Below are positions 21,701 through 31,740 of a stretch of 64,000 nucleotides of DNA, one piece after another. Under the pieces are notes generated by a model, which did not search any database, was not told where the DNA came from, and saw nothing but the letters and a program-made list of their open reading frames with translations. A program made the position numbers and the translations under genes. Source of the stretch: Prevotella sp. (GTDB lineage: Bacteria; Bacteroidota; Bacteroidia; Bacteroidales; Dysgonomonadaceae); the NCBI GenBank assembly GCA_031285625.1, contig JAITVV010000018.1, positions 25,488-89,487 on the forward strand, given 5' to 3'. Each line of letters starts with the position of its first letter. Within the stretch, counting starts at the first letter, position 1.

Positions 21701-21985
21701 AGCTTTATTCCCCGAAAGCTTTAAACTACGTATTTTGGCAGGTCTTCTGACTTACTCCATCTTTGAGCGCCTTCCCGCTAATACCAATAGTTCTAAATTA
21801 ATAGTTCAAATACCTCCTACTTTTTTTCATGGATAGTTTTTGTTGACCATTAACTGTAACTATTACAGCAGTGGATTGAGTTAACTCAAAGACTTTGGTG
21901 GAGCTTACAGCAGCGGGTCTGTTCCGGATTTACACCGGATTCCCTTTTCACCACTTTGTACGGATGTATAAAGTGACACCAAAAT
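21701..21985 (-). ncRNA. cobalamin (AdoCbl) riboswitch in the pflB leader
   Basis: minus strand reads TTTTGGT...AAAAGGGAATCCGGTGTAAATCCGGAACAGACCCGCTGCTGTAA...CCACTG...GGGAAG...AAGTCAGAAGACCTGCCAAAA (B12 box), P1 closure, then hairpin AGCTTTCGGGGAATAAAGCT whose loop is complementary to L5 (ACCCG). Confidence 0.92.
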
Positions 21986-21992
21986 GTGGCAT

Positions 21993-22000
21993 CAAAGATA
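21993..22000 (-). promoter_or_regulatory. -7 promoter element for riboswitch-pflB transcript
   Basis: TATCTTTG (TAnnTTTG) just 5' of the riboswitch P1. Confidence 0.7.
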
Positions 22001-22090
22001 AGAATTTTTATGTAAATCTTCAATTAAAATAAATCAAAGACGGATCTGTGGATTTTATGGATATAGATCTATTGTTAAATACTCTGAAAC

Positions 22091-22124
22091 AATGTGGGTC
22101 AATAGCTCTCTATCAACCCACATT
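22091..22124 (-). terminator. terminator after susD of PUL1
   Basis: minus strand AATGTGGGTTGATAG-AGAG-CTATTGACCCACATT then GTTT. Confidence 0.7.
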
Positions 22125-22135
22125 TTACAAATTAA

Positions 22136-23575
22136 TTAATACCCCGGATTCTGTATCAGTTTTGTCGAATTCATGTCGGATATCGGGATAGGTAATATCT
22201 CATGAATTCCTTTTTTGAAACCTCTGAAAGCTAAAACTTCCGCAGCCTTTCCTATTCGAACTAAATCGAACCATCGATGTCCCTCCATAGCTAGTTCTAA
22301 TCTGCGTTCTTCATAAATATTATCTAACGTAGCAGGTTTGGAGCCCAGTCCTACCCTGCTTCTAACCTTATCCAAATAATATTGAGCCTTAGCAAGATCT
22401 CCTCCTCCTCTGACTATAGCCTCTGCCTCCATAAGATATGTGTCGGCTACGCGGATTTCGATAACATTGAAGTCCCAGTTCAAAGCGGCTGGATATTGGG
22501 TATTCACATATTCTAATTTTGGAGAATATTTATTTGTAAAATAGCCTGTATTTTGGTATCCTGCAGAATATGTAGCACCTTCTGTTTCCACCAGTTTATT
22601 TACATCGATAATAGTGTATGGATAACGTGGATCATTTTCCATTGATTTTACAAAATCAAGGATAACTGGATTAAAACCATACCCGTTGTGATAATATGGT
22701 CCTATATAATCCCGGATACCCAGATAATCACCTAATCGATTGCCAAAATTACTGGCTTCCCCTTTATATGTAACTTCAAAAATAGATTCTGAGTGAAATT
22801 TATTTTTAGGATCAAACAACTTACCAAAATCACTTATTAAAGAATAAAGAGGGGATGAGTTTACTTTTTCGAAATAATCGGCAGCCTCAAGCATTCTGCT
22901 TTCATCGTTTTGAGTTAAAATAACTTTGCCTAATAGTGCATTTCCCGCACCTTTTGTTATTCGTCCTTTTTCATCATCGCTTCTTTCTTCCGGTAGGTCT
23001 GGAATGGCTGCTTTTAGGTCTGTTTCTATCTGAGCATAAACATCCTCAGGCTTCGCTTGTTCAACATCATATACTTCCATTGTCTTCAATACCTCAGTTA
23101 TTAATGGTACATTCTTGAAAGAACGCACCAACCAAAAGTTGTAATAAGCTCTTAACCATTTTGCTTCAGCAATGTATTGTTTTTTTAGATTATCCGTCAT
23201 TCCCGGGATATTATCAATCTTTGATAAAAGTACATTACAGCGATAGATTCCCAGGTAAGATCTTTCCCAAATCGATGATTGAGGACCAACACTTTCGTCC
23301 AGAGTGTAATTACCCCATACCTGAAAATGATTCCAGTCTGCTGCGCCACCACCACCAAGATAACATTCATCAGAAGCAGAAGTTGCTCCCATGACTGCAA
23401 TAGACCAAATATCCCTTAATGGCTGATATGCGGCAACTAAAGCTGCAAAGGCCTCCTGAGAATCTTTATAATAATCCGATTCAAGATCTATCCCTTTTGG
23501 TTTCACATCCAAAAAGTCATCGCAACTACAAAATATTAATGTCAACAGACTTATTATTAAAATATATTTTTTCAT
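22136..23575 (-). CDS. SusD/RagB family glycan-binding lipoprotein (PUL1)
   Basis: lipobox FCSC-DDFLD, YLGIYRCN, EAKWLRAYYNF, ERRLELAMEGHRWFDLVR, QNPGY. Confidence 0.95.
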   Translation of the reverse strand: MKKYILIISLLTLIFCSCDDFLDVKPKGIDLESDYYKDSQEAFAALVAAYQPLRDIWSIAVMGATSASDECYLGGGGAADWNHFQVWGNYTLDESVGPQSSIWERSYLGIYRCNVLLSKIDNIPGMTDNLKKQYIAEAKWLRAYYNFWLVRSFKNVPLITEVLKTMEVYDVEQAKPEDVYAQIETDLKAAIPDLPEERSDDEKGRITKGAGNALLGKVILTQNDESRMLEAADYFEKVNSSPLYSLISDFGKLFDPKNKFHSESIFEVTYKGEASNFGNRLGDYLGIRDYIGPYYHNGYGFNPVILDFVKSMENDPRYPYTIIDVNKLVETEGATYSAGYQNTGYFTNKYSPKLEYVNTQYPAALNWDFNVIEIRVADTYLMEAEAIVRGGGDLAKAQYYLDKVRSRVGLGSKPATLDNIYEERRLELAMEGHRWFDLVRIGKAAEVLAFRGFKKGIHEILPIPISDMNSTKLIQNPGY

Positions 23576-23598
23576 AATCGTAGATTAATAGTTTTTGA

Positions 23599-26500
23599 TT
23601 AAAAAGAAAGATTTAGACCGAACATGTAGGATCTAGCCTGTGGATATATACCCCTGTCAATACTTTTCGCCATTTCCGGATCGTAACCGGTATATTTTGT
23701 AAAAGTTGCGAGGTTATTTACCGTCATATACACACGTAATCTGTTTATATCTAATTTCTGAGTGATTCTGGATGGGATATTATAGCCTAACTGTATTGTT
23801 TTTATCCTGAAGAATGCTCCACTTTCTAAATAAAAATCAGAAGGTTTTGTGAAATTCCGGTTAGTATCCGAATCGGTAAGGCGAGGATAACTATTAGATG
23901 TTCCCGGGCCTGTCCATCTGTCAAGTGCTGCTGTACTATAGTTCGCAGTCGGAATATCGAGACGGCGTAATCCCTGGAATATTTTATTTCCTCCTGATCC
24001 TTGCCCGAATATGGAAAGATCGAAATCCTTGTATGTAAGATTTACTGTCAAGCCGTAATACCATGTAGGTATTGATGAACCCAGAAAATCTCTGTCGCCT
24101 CCGGATATCTGCCCATCTCCATCTAAATCTGCAAAGCGGAAATCTCCCGGTTTTGCATTTGGCTGTATAACTTTTCCATCTTTGTTTTTGTAATTATCCA
24201 CTTCCTCCTGAGTTTGGAAAATACCCATCGTTTTAAAACCATAGAAAGATGCAATCGGTTGCCCTACAGCTGTTCTTGTAATATTGTAGTCACTAGCTTG
24301 GAAAGTATCCCCTTCAAGATAATCTTTATCATCACCTAGATAGATAACTTCATTTTTGACATGTGAAATATTACCCTTTACATCAAGAAAAACATTACCT
24401 AATTGTTTGTGATACCCTAATTCTATCTCAAAGCCTTTGTTATCCATATCTGCGATATTCCCATATGAAGAACCGCTGATACCTACATATTTAGGATAGC
24501 TTACAGCTAATAACATATCTCTGGTTTGCTTTTTATAGACATCTACAGATAGATCGAAATTCTCAAGAATTCGCATATCAACACCAATGTTTGTTTGTGA
24601 TGTTTTTTCCCATTTCAGATCCGGATTTGCCAGGCCGTTCGGGCTATAACCAATGTGTATATTATTATCTGTGCCGAATATATAGTTTCTCCCGCTGGAT
24701 ATAGTAGATACATAACTGAACGCTCCAAAATTGTCATTTCCTGTTACACCATAAGAAAGACGCAGCTTGAGTGTATTTATAATATCACTTTTCCAAAAAC
24801 TTTCGCGAGATGGTACCCATCCTGCCTGCACGGAAGGAAACGTTCCGTAACGGTTGTTCTCTCCAAATCTGGAAGAACCATCGACACGTATAATTCCGGT
24901 AAACAGATATTTTTCTTTGTAGTTATATGATGCACGTCCAAAGAAAGAACTTATCCGGTATGGTTGATCTTCAAATCCTGTAGCTATTTTATTTTCATTT
25001 GATAATGAATAGTTTAGTGATGCATCATCGAAATTATCTGCCGGAATTCCCCGGAATTTACCGGAAAGACCATCCGCACTTCTGTCTTGTATGCTGTTTC
25101 CTACCATACCCGAAACAAAATGATCTCCAATGGCTTTTGAATATGAAGCTGTATTTTCCAGTGACCATAACAACGTTTTTTTCAGGGAACGATCATATAT
25201 CGTTTTTTCAAGATTTGTTTGAACAGCATTAAGATAATATAGAGGTGTGAAGCTTTCATCTCCCCAGAAAGTCATTTTTGCTGCTATCTGTGATCTGACT
25301 TTTAGGTCTTTGAGAGGTTCTATCTCGAGATAAGCGTTAGATATAATATTATGTGTCCATGCGTAATTTCCATCCTTCGTTTTTATATAAGCAAGAGGAT
25401 TGGTGATTTCATTGGCAACATACTTAGATATTCCATAAGGATATCCGTTTTTGTCTCTCATTACAGGTTGTGAGGCGTAGGGATTCGACTCCATTTCCTG
25501 TGGGTCAGTAATAATTACAGGTGTTATTGGGTCAAGGTTTATTGCAGAATTCAATACGCCCCCTCTTTCTGTATTGGCACTTATATTATTACTGTTCTTT
25601 ACATAAGAATAGGTTGCATTTGCTCCTAATCTAAGCCAAGGTTTAATTTTATGCGTTGTGTTTAGTCTGAATGTAAGACGTTTATATCTGGCTGCATCAG
25701 GAGTTACAATTCCTTCCTGATCAAAGTAACTGAAAGAAGAATAATATGTAGATATCTGATTACCTCCCGAAAGACTGAATTCATGATTTTGAATTTTTGC
25801 ACTATTACTGAATATAACATCCTGCCAATCGGTTCCCTTCCCTAATGATTCTACATTATCGAAAACAAGCCCTTTTCCTGCTGCCTGAGAAGATTCATTC
25901 CTTAAGGTTGCATATTGTGTTGCATTCAACAGATCTAACTTTTTATCCGGTGCCTGTAATCCAAAATATCCATTATAACTTAATCTCATTTTACCTTCTT
26001 TTCCTGATTTTGTAGTTACCAGAATTACACCACTTGCTGCTTTTGTTCCGTAAATTGCAGCGGAAGCCGCATCTTTCAATACCTCAATAGATGCAATATC
26101 GGATTGATTCAGGAAATTTATATCTCCAATAGGGATAACCTGTCCGTCTACTACATACAGTGGATCACTATTGTTAATTGAAGTTACTCCACGCACACGC
26201 ACAGTGGCGTCTGCTCCCGGCATACCGGAACTGCTAATAACACTCACGCCTGATGTCCGTCCTTGCAACGATTGTTCAAGACGCATAACTGGCATATTTT
26301 CGATGTCAGAACTGGTGATTTTAGAAATTGAGCCTGTTACAACACTCTTCTTTTCAATCCCATATCCTACCACTACTACTTCTTCTAATAGTTGAGTGTT
26401 TTCCTGCATGACAATGGAGAAATCTGTTTTGTCTCCGATTTTAATCTGCTGATCAATATATCCCACATAGGTGATTTTGATAGTGGATGCTTCGGATGAT

Positions 26501-27018
26501 ACAGAAAGTGTAAATTTACCCTCGATATCAGTCATCGTACCGTTGGTTGTTCCCACTTCAACAACGCTGGCTCCGATTATTGCTTCATTGTTTTGATCTC
26601 TGACTATACCTTGAATTATTTTGGTTAGTTGAGTAATCTGGAGTTTTTCCTTCTTCATTAGTAGAATGTTATTCCCTTCCATAGCATAAACAATATCTGT
26701 ATTCTCGAATATTTTGGAAAGGATATTGGCTACAGAAGTATTCTCTGTCTTCATTGTAATATGCGAAGACAGATTTACATTATCATTGTTATATACAAAC
26801 AGATAATCCGTTTGGGATTCAATTTGGTCAATAATCACCTTGATTTGTTGGTTAGATGCATTGATATTGACACGTGCAGTCTGTGAATTCATTGTTGTGG
26901 CAAAACAACAGGAAATGCAAAAGACTAAAAAGACTAAGGTTAATTTCATGATTCTAAAGAAATGTTTGTTTTTTGCTAACAATTCGGGTATAGTAGTCCC
27001 TACAAGTTTTTTTTTCAT
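23599..27018 (-). CDS. SusC/RagA TonB-dependent transporter with N-terminal STN signalling domain (PUL1)
   Basis: STN domain, LEEVVVVGYG, LKDAASAAIYG..A.SGVILVTTK, NPDLKWE, C-terminal YPQARSYMFGLNLSF. Confidence 0.96.
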   Translation of the reverse strand: MKKKLVGTTIPELLAKNKHFFRIMKLTLVFLVFCISCCFATTMNSQTARVNINASNQQIKVIIDQIESQTDYLFVYNNDNVNLSSHITMKTENTSVANILSKIFENTDIVYAMEGNNILLMKKEKLQITQLTKIIQGIVRDQNNEAIIGASVVEVGTTNGTMTDIEGKFTLSVSSEASTIKITYVGYIDQQIKIGDKTDFSIVMQENTQLLEEVVVVGYGIEKKSVVTGSISKITSSDIENMPVMRLEQSLQGRTSGVSVISSSGMPGADATVRVRGVTSINNSDPLYVVDGQVIPIGDINFLNQSDIASIEVLKDAASAAIYGTKAASGVILVTTKSGKEGKMRLSYNGYFGLQAPDKKLDLLNATQYATLRNESSQAAGKGLVFDNVESLGKGTDWQDVIFSNSAKIQNHEFSLSGGNQISTYYSSFSYFDQEGIVTPDAARYKRLTFRLNTTHKIKPWLRLGANATYSYVKNSNNISANTERGGVLNSAINLDPITPVIITDPQEMESNPYASQPVMRDKNGYPYGISKYVANEITNPLAYIKTKDGNYAWTHNIISNAYLEIEPLKDLKVRSQIAAKMTFWGDESFTPLYYLNAVQTNLEKTIYDRSLKKTLLWSLENTASYSKAIGDHFVSGMVGNSIQDRSADGLSGKFRGIPADNFDDASLNYSLSNENKIATGFEDQPYRISSFFGRASYNYKEKYLFTGIIRVDGSSRFGENNRYGTFPSVQAGWVPSRESFWKSDIINTLKLRLSYGVTGNDNFGAFSYVSTISSGRNYIFGTDNNIHIGYSPNGLANPDLKWEKTSQTNIGVDMRILENFDLSVDVYKKQTRDMLLAVSYPKYVGISGSSYGNIADMDNKGFEIELGYHKQLGNVFLDVKGNISHVKNEVIYLGDDKDYLEGDTFQASDYNITRTAVGQPIASFYGFKTMGIFQTQEEVDNYKNKDGKVIQPNAKPGDFRFADLDGDGQISGGDRDFLGSSIPTWYYGLTVNLTYKDFDLSIFGQGSGGNKIFQGLRRLDIPTANYSTAALDRWTGPGTSNSYPRLTDSDTNRNFTKPSDFYLESGAFFRIKTIQLGYNIPSRITQKLDINRLRVYMTVNNLATFTKYTGYDPEMAKSIDRGIYPQARSYMFGLNLSF

Positions 27019-27118
27019 AACTTTGTATTATTCAATGTTGGTACTAAATCAAATTTTTTTTGGCCTTGGTACTGACCGTAAGGCCGGGTTATGTTACAGC
27101 ATAATCCGGTCGTTTTTT
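27018..27118 (+). ncRNA. candidate cis-antisense sRNA (DonS-like) opposite susC1 leader
   Basis: TAACTTTG -7 element at 27018-27025 overlapping the susC ATG on the opposite strand; terminator hairpin 27082-27111 + T6. Confidence 0.55.
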
Positions 27119-27142
27119 GTTGTCATTTTTTACATAGGCGTG

Positions 27143-28081
27143 TTATTTTATAGTTATTAGATTTAAATTTTTGTCAACAGTATAGGTGAATTTGTGCTCA
27201 ATCTGTAGTACCTTAAGTATTTGTTCTATTCCATCCTTGGTGCGGAATTTTCCTGTGTAGCGGAATTTTAATAAGGTATCTTTCTTTACCTCTATGCGTG
27301 TGTCATAGTATAGTTCAAGTTTTTTTATAATACTTTCTATCGGTTCATTATTGAAACAAAGTAATCCCTCTTTCCACCTGAAATAGTCAAAATCGTTTAT
27401 GACAGAAGAATATAATTTTCCGTCTTTTATCTTTACCAAATCATTGGGCTTCATAACAAGTCCCTGATTAGGCATCTTAGGACTTTTAAGTTCGATAGAA
27501 CCAGTAAGAAGTGATATTTCAGTTAAAGGCATATTGTGATAAGCAATTACATTAAATTCTGTGCCCAAAACGTGTATGTCAACATCCTTCGTTTTTACAA
27601 TAAATGTTTGTTTCGATTTTTTTACTTTAAAGTAGGCTTCTCCATTTAATTCCACCTCCCTATTGTTTTTTCCAAAATCGGTAGGATAAGTAATACTGGT
27701 TTGAGCATTTAGCCATACTATACTACTATCTGGTAATAGAAGTTCAGCCCGTTGACCGGGAGGTACAAATAATGTTTGAGAATTAATCTCCGTTTTCTTA
27801 TTCAGAAAATATCCTCCGGCTAAGAAGATTAAAAATACTGCCGCTATTTTAGAAAGCTCAAACAATAATTTCTTTATTTTGAAGTTTTTCTTTTCTACTT
27901 TTTCTATTGGAGTCTTGGCTGGCTCATTGAGCAGAGATATATTATGTAACTTTCGTAGTGAAATCATTTCTTGCAAATGAGATTCGTGCGAGTCCAGCCA
28001 TTCTACAACTTCTGCAATTTCTTCCTCAGTTGCTTCGCCTGTTATATATTTTTGAAGTATTTTGTTTTCTATCATTTGCAT
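27143..28081 (-). CDS. FecR family anti-sigma factor (PUL1)
   Basis: LQKYITGEAT..E, single TM, LPDSSIVWLNA, REVELNGEAYF, VLGTEFNV. Confidence 0.93.
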   Translation of the reverse strand: MQMIENKILQKYITGEATEEEIAEVVEWLDSHESHLQEMISLRKLHNISLLNEPAKTPIEKVEKKNFKIKKLLFELSKIAAVFLIFLAGGYFLNKKTEINSQTLFVPPGQRAELLLPDSSIVWLNAQTSITYPTDFGKNNREVELNGEAYFKVKKSKQTFIVKTKDVDIHVLGTEFNVIAYHNMPLTEISLLTGSIELKSPKMPNQGLVMKPNDLVKIKDGKLYSSVINDFDYFRWKEGLLCFNNEPIESIIKKLELYYDTRIEVKKDTLLKFRYTGKFRTKDGIEQILKVLQIEHKFTYTVDKNLNLITIK

Positions 28082-28116
28082 ATATAAGTTAATTATATGA
28101 CCGATTATAGTATAGA

Positions 28117-28141
28117 GACAACGCAGAATAAAAAATCCCTA
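28117..28141 (-). promoter_or_regulatory. putative ECF-sigma promoter for fecR1-susC1-susD1
   Basis: TAGGG-ATTTTTTATTCTGCGT(16)-TGTC; motif recurs 5 times before PUL genes. Confidence 0.65.
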
Positions 28142-28155
28142 ATTGAAATTTTATT

Positions 28156-28710
28156 TTAATTATAAAAAAGTAAAATATAGAATAAAGGGAGATAATCTTT
28201 CAATGCAAAACGTAGGGCTTTTAGTGATTTCGTTATATGATATTCTACAGCTTTGGAGCTAAGTGATAATTCATCTGCAATTTCTTTCACTGACTTGGAT
28301 TCGTAACGGCTCATTTCAAATATCCGGCGAGTTTGTTCGGGAAGTGATTGTAGAGTTTCTCGGACTATCTCAGCAATCTCTGATGAGAAAATCTCTTCCG
28401 GATCACATGCCTGAAGGGTCACAATTCTGTAGTCGAGATCTCTGATCATAACGGATGAGATAGACTCCATTGCCGTACGTTTTACTTTCAGGTGTTTTAA
28501 ATAATTTAATGATTCATTTCTGAGGATAGAAAGGAGCATAGCTAAAGGATTCTGAACATTCCCTTTTTTTATTGCTCCCCATAAATTTATGAACGAATCG
28601 GAAACAATATCTTCCGCAACTTCTGTATCGTTAACATACGATTTTACGAACAATAAAAATTTCTTATAATATTGTTGATAAATTTCATCGAAACCCAAAT
28701 TTTGATTCAT
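28156..28710 (-). CDS. ECF sigma-70 factor (PUL1)
   Basis: AEDIVSDSFINLW region 2, LPEQTRRIFEMSR..KEIADEL..KAVEYHITKSLK region 4; own TATATTTG promoter at 28773-28780. Confidence 0.94.
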   Translation of the reverse strand: MNQNLGFDEIYQQYYKKFLLFVKSYVNDTEVAEDIVSDSFINLWGAIKKGNVQNPLAMLLSILRNESLNYLKHLKVKRTAMESISSVMIRDLDYRIVTLQACDPEEIFSSEIAEIVRETLQSLPEQTRRIFEMSRYESKSVKEIADELSLSSKAVEYHITKSLKALRFALKDYLPLFYILLFYN

Positions 28711-28859
28711 AAGCTGTCCCTTTTCTCCGTGTCTGATATAGCTTGATTAATTAAGCTGATGAATGTTCTATGCAAATATATAAATATAAAAGGCAACAGA
28801 ATATTTCTTCATATTTAAACAGAAAGCCGGGTGTATTAAAATACTATTTTCAATATTCT

Positions 28860-31079
28860 TTATTCAATTAATTCAAATTCGGTCTGTTTAAGATTATCAG
28901 AGCTGTTTCCAACAAAAAGTTTAAAGATACCGGGTTCCGTAATAAGCTCATTTTTTAGATTAAAAGAGCCTAGATCTTTATTTGTTAAAACAAATTCAAT
29001 TTGCTTCTCTTCACCTGGTTTCAATTCAATTTGCTGAAATCCGCAAAGTTCGATTACCGGGCGTGTAACAGAACTTACAACATCTTGCAGATATAATTGT
29101 ACTGTTTCTTTCCCCTTATATTTCCCTGTGTTCTTTACCAAGGTTTTTATTCTGATATTTTCATTGTACCCATATTGCTTTTTTGACATTACCGGGGTGG
29201 TTATTTCAAAGGTAGTGTAGCTAAGCCCATATCCGAATGCATATGCAGGTCTAACATCTTCGTCTATATACCGGCTTGTGTACTGATTATCCGCACTCCA
29301 TGGGCGTCCGGTACTCTTATGGTTATAGTATATAGGGCATTGTCCACTGTGTTTTGGAAATGTTATAGGTAGTTTGGCTGAGGGATTATATTGGCCTGTA
29401 AGAACGTCTGAGATAGAATTTCCGGCTTCTACCCCCAGCCACCAAGTCATCAAAATAGCATCTGCATATGGTTCCATCGCGGAGAAAACTAAAGGCCTTC
29501 CGCCTGTAATAAGTACAATGACAGGTTTGCCTGAATCTTCTTTTAGTTTCTTTACCAGTGATTGTTGGTTTTGATCGATGCTTATGTCTACTTTCGATTT
29601 AGCTTCGCCTGACTCAGTTGCTTTCTCCCCAATAGTTACGATTATGATATCAAATTCTGATAAGTAGGGAAGCTCTTTTGTCGTATTAGTTTTGTGATCA
29701 TAGCCTTCGATATATGTAATATTCGATTTTGGTAAACTGGCCTTTAATCCATCTAAGATTGGTATCACGTATTCGGCTTTGCCCATGCCAACCCAATTGC
29801 CTAGCATATCCCATTTCGATGTATTTAGGGGTCCAATCAAGGCAATATTTTTAACTTTGTCTGAAATCGGCAACACTGAATTATTCTTAAGTAATACTAT
29901 CGATTTGGCTCCGGCTTCACGGGCAAGTGTCCGGTATCTATTGTTGATTTTTTCATTCTTGAGTTCTGCTTCCCTGTTGTTATAGCAGAAAGGATCTTTA
30001 AATAATCCCAGTTCAAATTTCTTTGTCAGAATACGTTTTACGGCATCATCAATTATAGAAATGTCGACATCCCCTGTATTTACAAGGTGTTCCAGATTTG
30101 AAATATAACTACTGGAGCACATATCCATATCACAGCCTGCTAATGATGCAAGTTTAGCTGCATCTTTGGCATTTTGTGCAACTCGATGATTTTGTAATTC
30201 ACCTACTGATTCCCAATCACTAACCACAAAACCATCAAAATCCCATTTGCCTTTTAATAAATCTCTCATCAATGGTCTGTGTGCTGTGGCCGGAATTCCG
30301 TTCAGATCATTAAATCCGCTCATGAAAGTAGCCACTTTAGCTTCTATTGCAGCACGAAAGGGTGGAAGATATACCTGATGCAATGTGTTTTCTGAAATGT
30401 CTGCTTCTGCATAATCTTTGCCTGCGATGGCAGCACCATAAGCAGCAAAATGTTTGGCACATGCCAATATTGTTCTTTTATCAGTATAATCTTTTCCTTG
30501 AAAGCCTTTTACTCTGGCTTTTGCAACTAGACACCCATACCATGTATCTTCCCCTGCACCTTCCATAACCCGTCCCCAGCGTGCATCTCTCGAAATATCT
30601 ACCATTGGGGCAAAGGTCCAGTGAAGACCGTGTGCCGAAGCTTCTGCTGCTGCAACCTCAGCCGTTTTAGTCATCAACTCCAAGTCAAAGCTAGAGGCTT
30701 CTGCAAGAGGGATTGGAAATGTAGTTTTCATACCATGCACAACATCCATTCCAAAAATCAATGGTATTCTTAACCGCGATTTCATAGCTTCCTCCTGGTA
30801 TTGTTTCGCACGCGAAACGGAGGTGACATTTAGCATTGAACCTACTCTGCCTTTTCTGATCTCTTCAAGATGATTGAGGTTATTTATAACCGGACCAGTA
30901 TTCTTTCTGTCGTTAGAATACTGGTTCATCTGACCTATTTTTTCTTCCAGGGTCATTAACCTTATAATGGAATCGACCTGGTAAGAAATATTGTTATGAA
31001 TAGTTTGGGATTGAATTAATAAAGCCTTTGTGAAAAATATAAATACAAGAAAGGTGAGTCTAGGAATAACAGATTGCAT
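28860..31079 (-). CDS. GH3 beta-glucosidase (BglX-like), exported
   Basis: MTLEEKIGQM, FAPMVDISRDARWGR, CAKHF, VVSDW nucleophile, C-terminal Fn3-like domain. Confidence 0.93.
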   Translation of the reverse strand: MQSVIPRLTFLVFIFFTKALLIQSQTIHNNISYQVDSIIRLMTLEEKIGQMNQYSNDRKNTGPVINNLNHLEEIRKGRVGSMLNVTSVSRAKQYQEEAMKSRLRIPLIFGMDVVHGMKTTFPIPLAEASSFDLELMTKTAEVAAAEASAHGLHWTFAPMVDISRDARWGRVMEGAGEDTWYGCLVAKARVKGFQGKDYTDKRTILACAKHFAAYGAAIAGKDYAEADISENTLHQVYLPPFRAAIEAKVATFMSGFNDLNGIPATAHRPLMRDLLKGKWDFDGFVVSDWESVGELQNHRVAQNAKDAAKLASLAGCDMDMCSSSYISNLEHLVNTGDVDISIIDDAVKRILTKKFELGLFKDPFCYNNREAELKNEKINNRYRTLAREAGAKSIVLLKNNSVLPISDKVKNIALIGPLNTSKWDMLGNWVGMGKAEYVIPILDGLKASLPKSNITYIEGYDHKTNTTKELPYLSEFDIIIVTIGEKATESGEAKSKVDISIDQNQQSLVKKLKEDSGKPVIVLITGGRPLVFSAMEPYADAILMTWWLGVEAGNSISDVLTGQYNPSAKLPITFPKHSGQCPIYYNHKSTGRPWSADNQYTSRYIDEDVRPAYAFGYGLSYTTFEITTPVMSKKQYGYNENIRIKTLVKNTGKYKGKETVQLYLQDVVSSVTRPVIELCGFQQIELKPGEEKQIEFVLTNKDLGSFNLKNELITEPGIFKLFVGNSSDNLKQTEFELIE

Positions 31080-31107
31080 GATATTATTATTTAAGATTTA
31101 TTACATA

Positions 31108-31132
31108 GACAACTCAATAGTAGAAATCCCTA
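31108..31132 (-). promoter_or_regulatory. putative ECF-sigma promoter for the GH3 gene
   Basis: TAGGG-ATTTCTACTATTGAGT(16)-TGTC. Confidence 0.65.
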
Positions 31133-31415
31133 AGAATAAATCTTAATATTTTCTGGAAATAAATAATAATAATGATTTTAGATATCTGTGTCCTGTTGTT
31201 CGGGGCAGGACTATGAACTCTGGTAGCTCATAGCTTTGAATAATGAAATGTAATACCTCAAAACTTGCATACGGTTTTCACAAATAGTACACACTGAAGT
31301 CTTTTGTATAGACCTGAAGACAACTCGCGCTTGTTTTTATTTTGAGTCTCCATATTTCGAGGTATTAATATTTCATTATTTATAAATTACATAGTGGTTA
31401 TTTTAAATCCTTTCG

Positions 31416-31740
31416 AAAACATAGAACTGGTAGGGATACTAATGAATGAACTAGTAGCTGATATACCGAGTGGAGCTCCGAATGAAGGGCCCGGACGCTT
31501 GATTATCATTCTGATTCGTTAAATGTGAATGAATGATCGGCATTACGGGTTAATAAGTTCCCGTAATTCGATTCATCGGCTGCTGCCCATGAAATTCTGA
31601 ATAGTTTTGCTTTGCACATACAATATTTTATTGATAGGAGCTTCAGGAGCAGCAATTCCTATTGAACCATCGCTAACCATCACGGCAGCACCCGAATATG
31701 CAGGGGCTGTAGCGAGTTTCATGTCTCCGTTTACATGTAG
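31416..31740 (-). pseudogene. decayed surface-protein gene fragment
   Basis: manual translation LHVNGDMKLATAPAYSGAAVMVSDGSIGIAAP..., further protein-like segments in other frames broken by stops; no start. Confidence 0.35.

Noticed and set aside
21532-21990. ZTP (pfl-motif) riboswitch expected upstream of pflB
   Set aside because: The leader matches cobalamin-riboswitch motifs instead; no ZTP consensus recognised
27007-27015. A9 run after the susC1 ATG as a phase-variation tract
   Set aside because: MKKK starts are common in AT-rich genomes, the frame is intact and a second Met lies downstream
31195-31220. GTTCGGGGCAGGACTATGAAC, faintly like a reversed tRNA 3' end (possible att site)
   Set aside because: Does not match the tRNA-Lys 3' end in this window and the T-loop spacing is wrong
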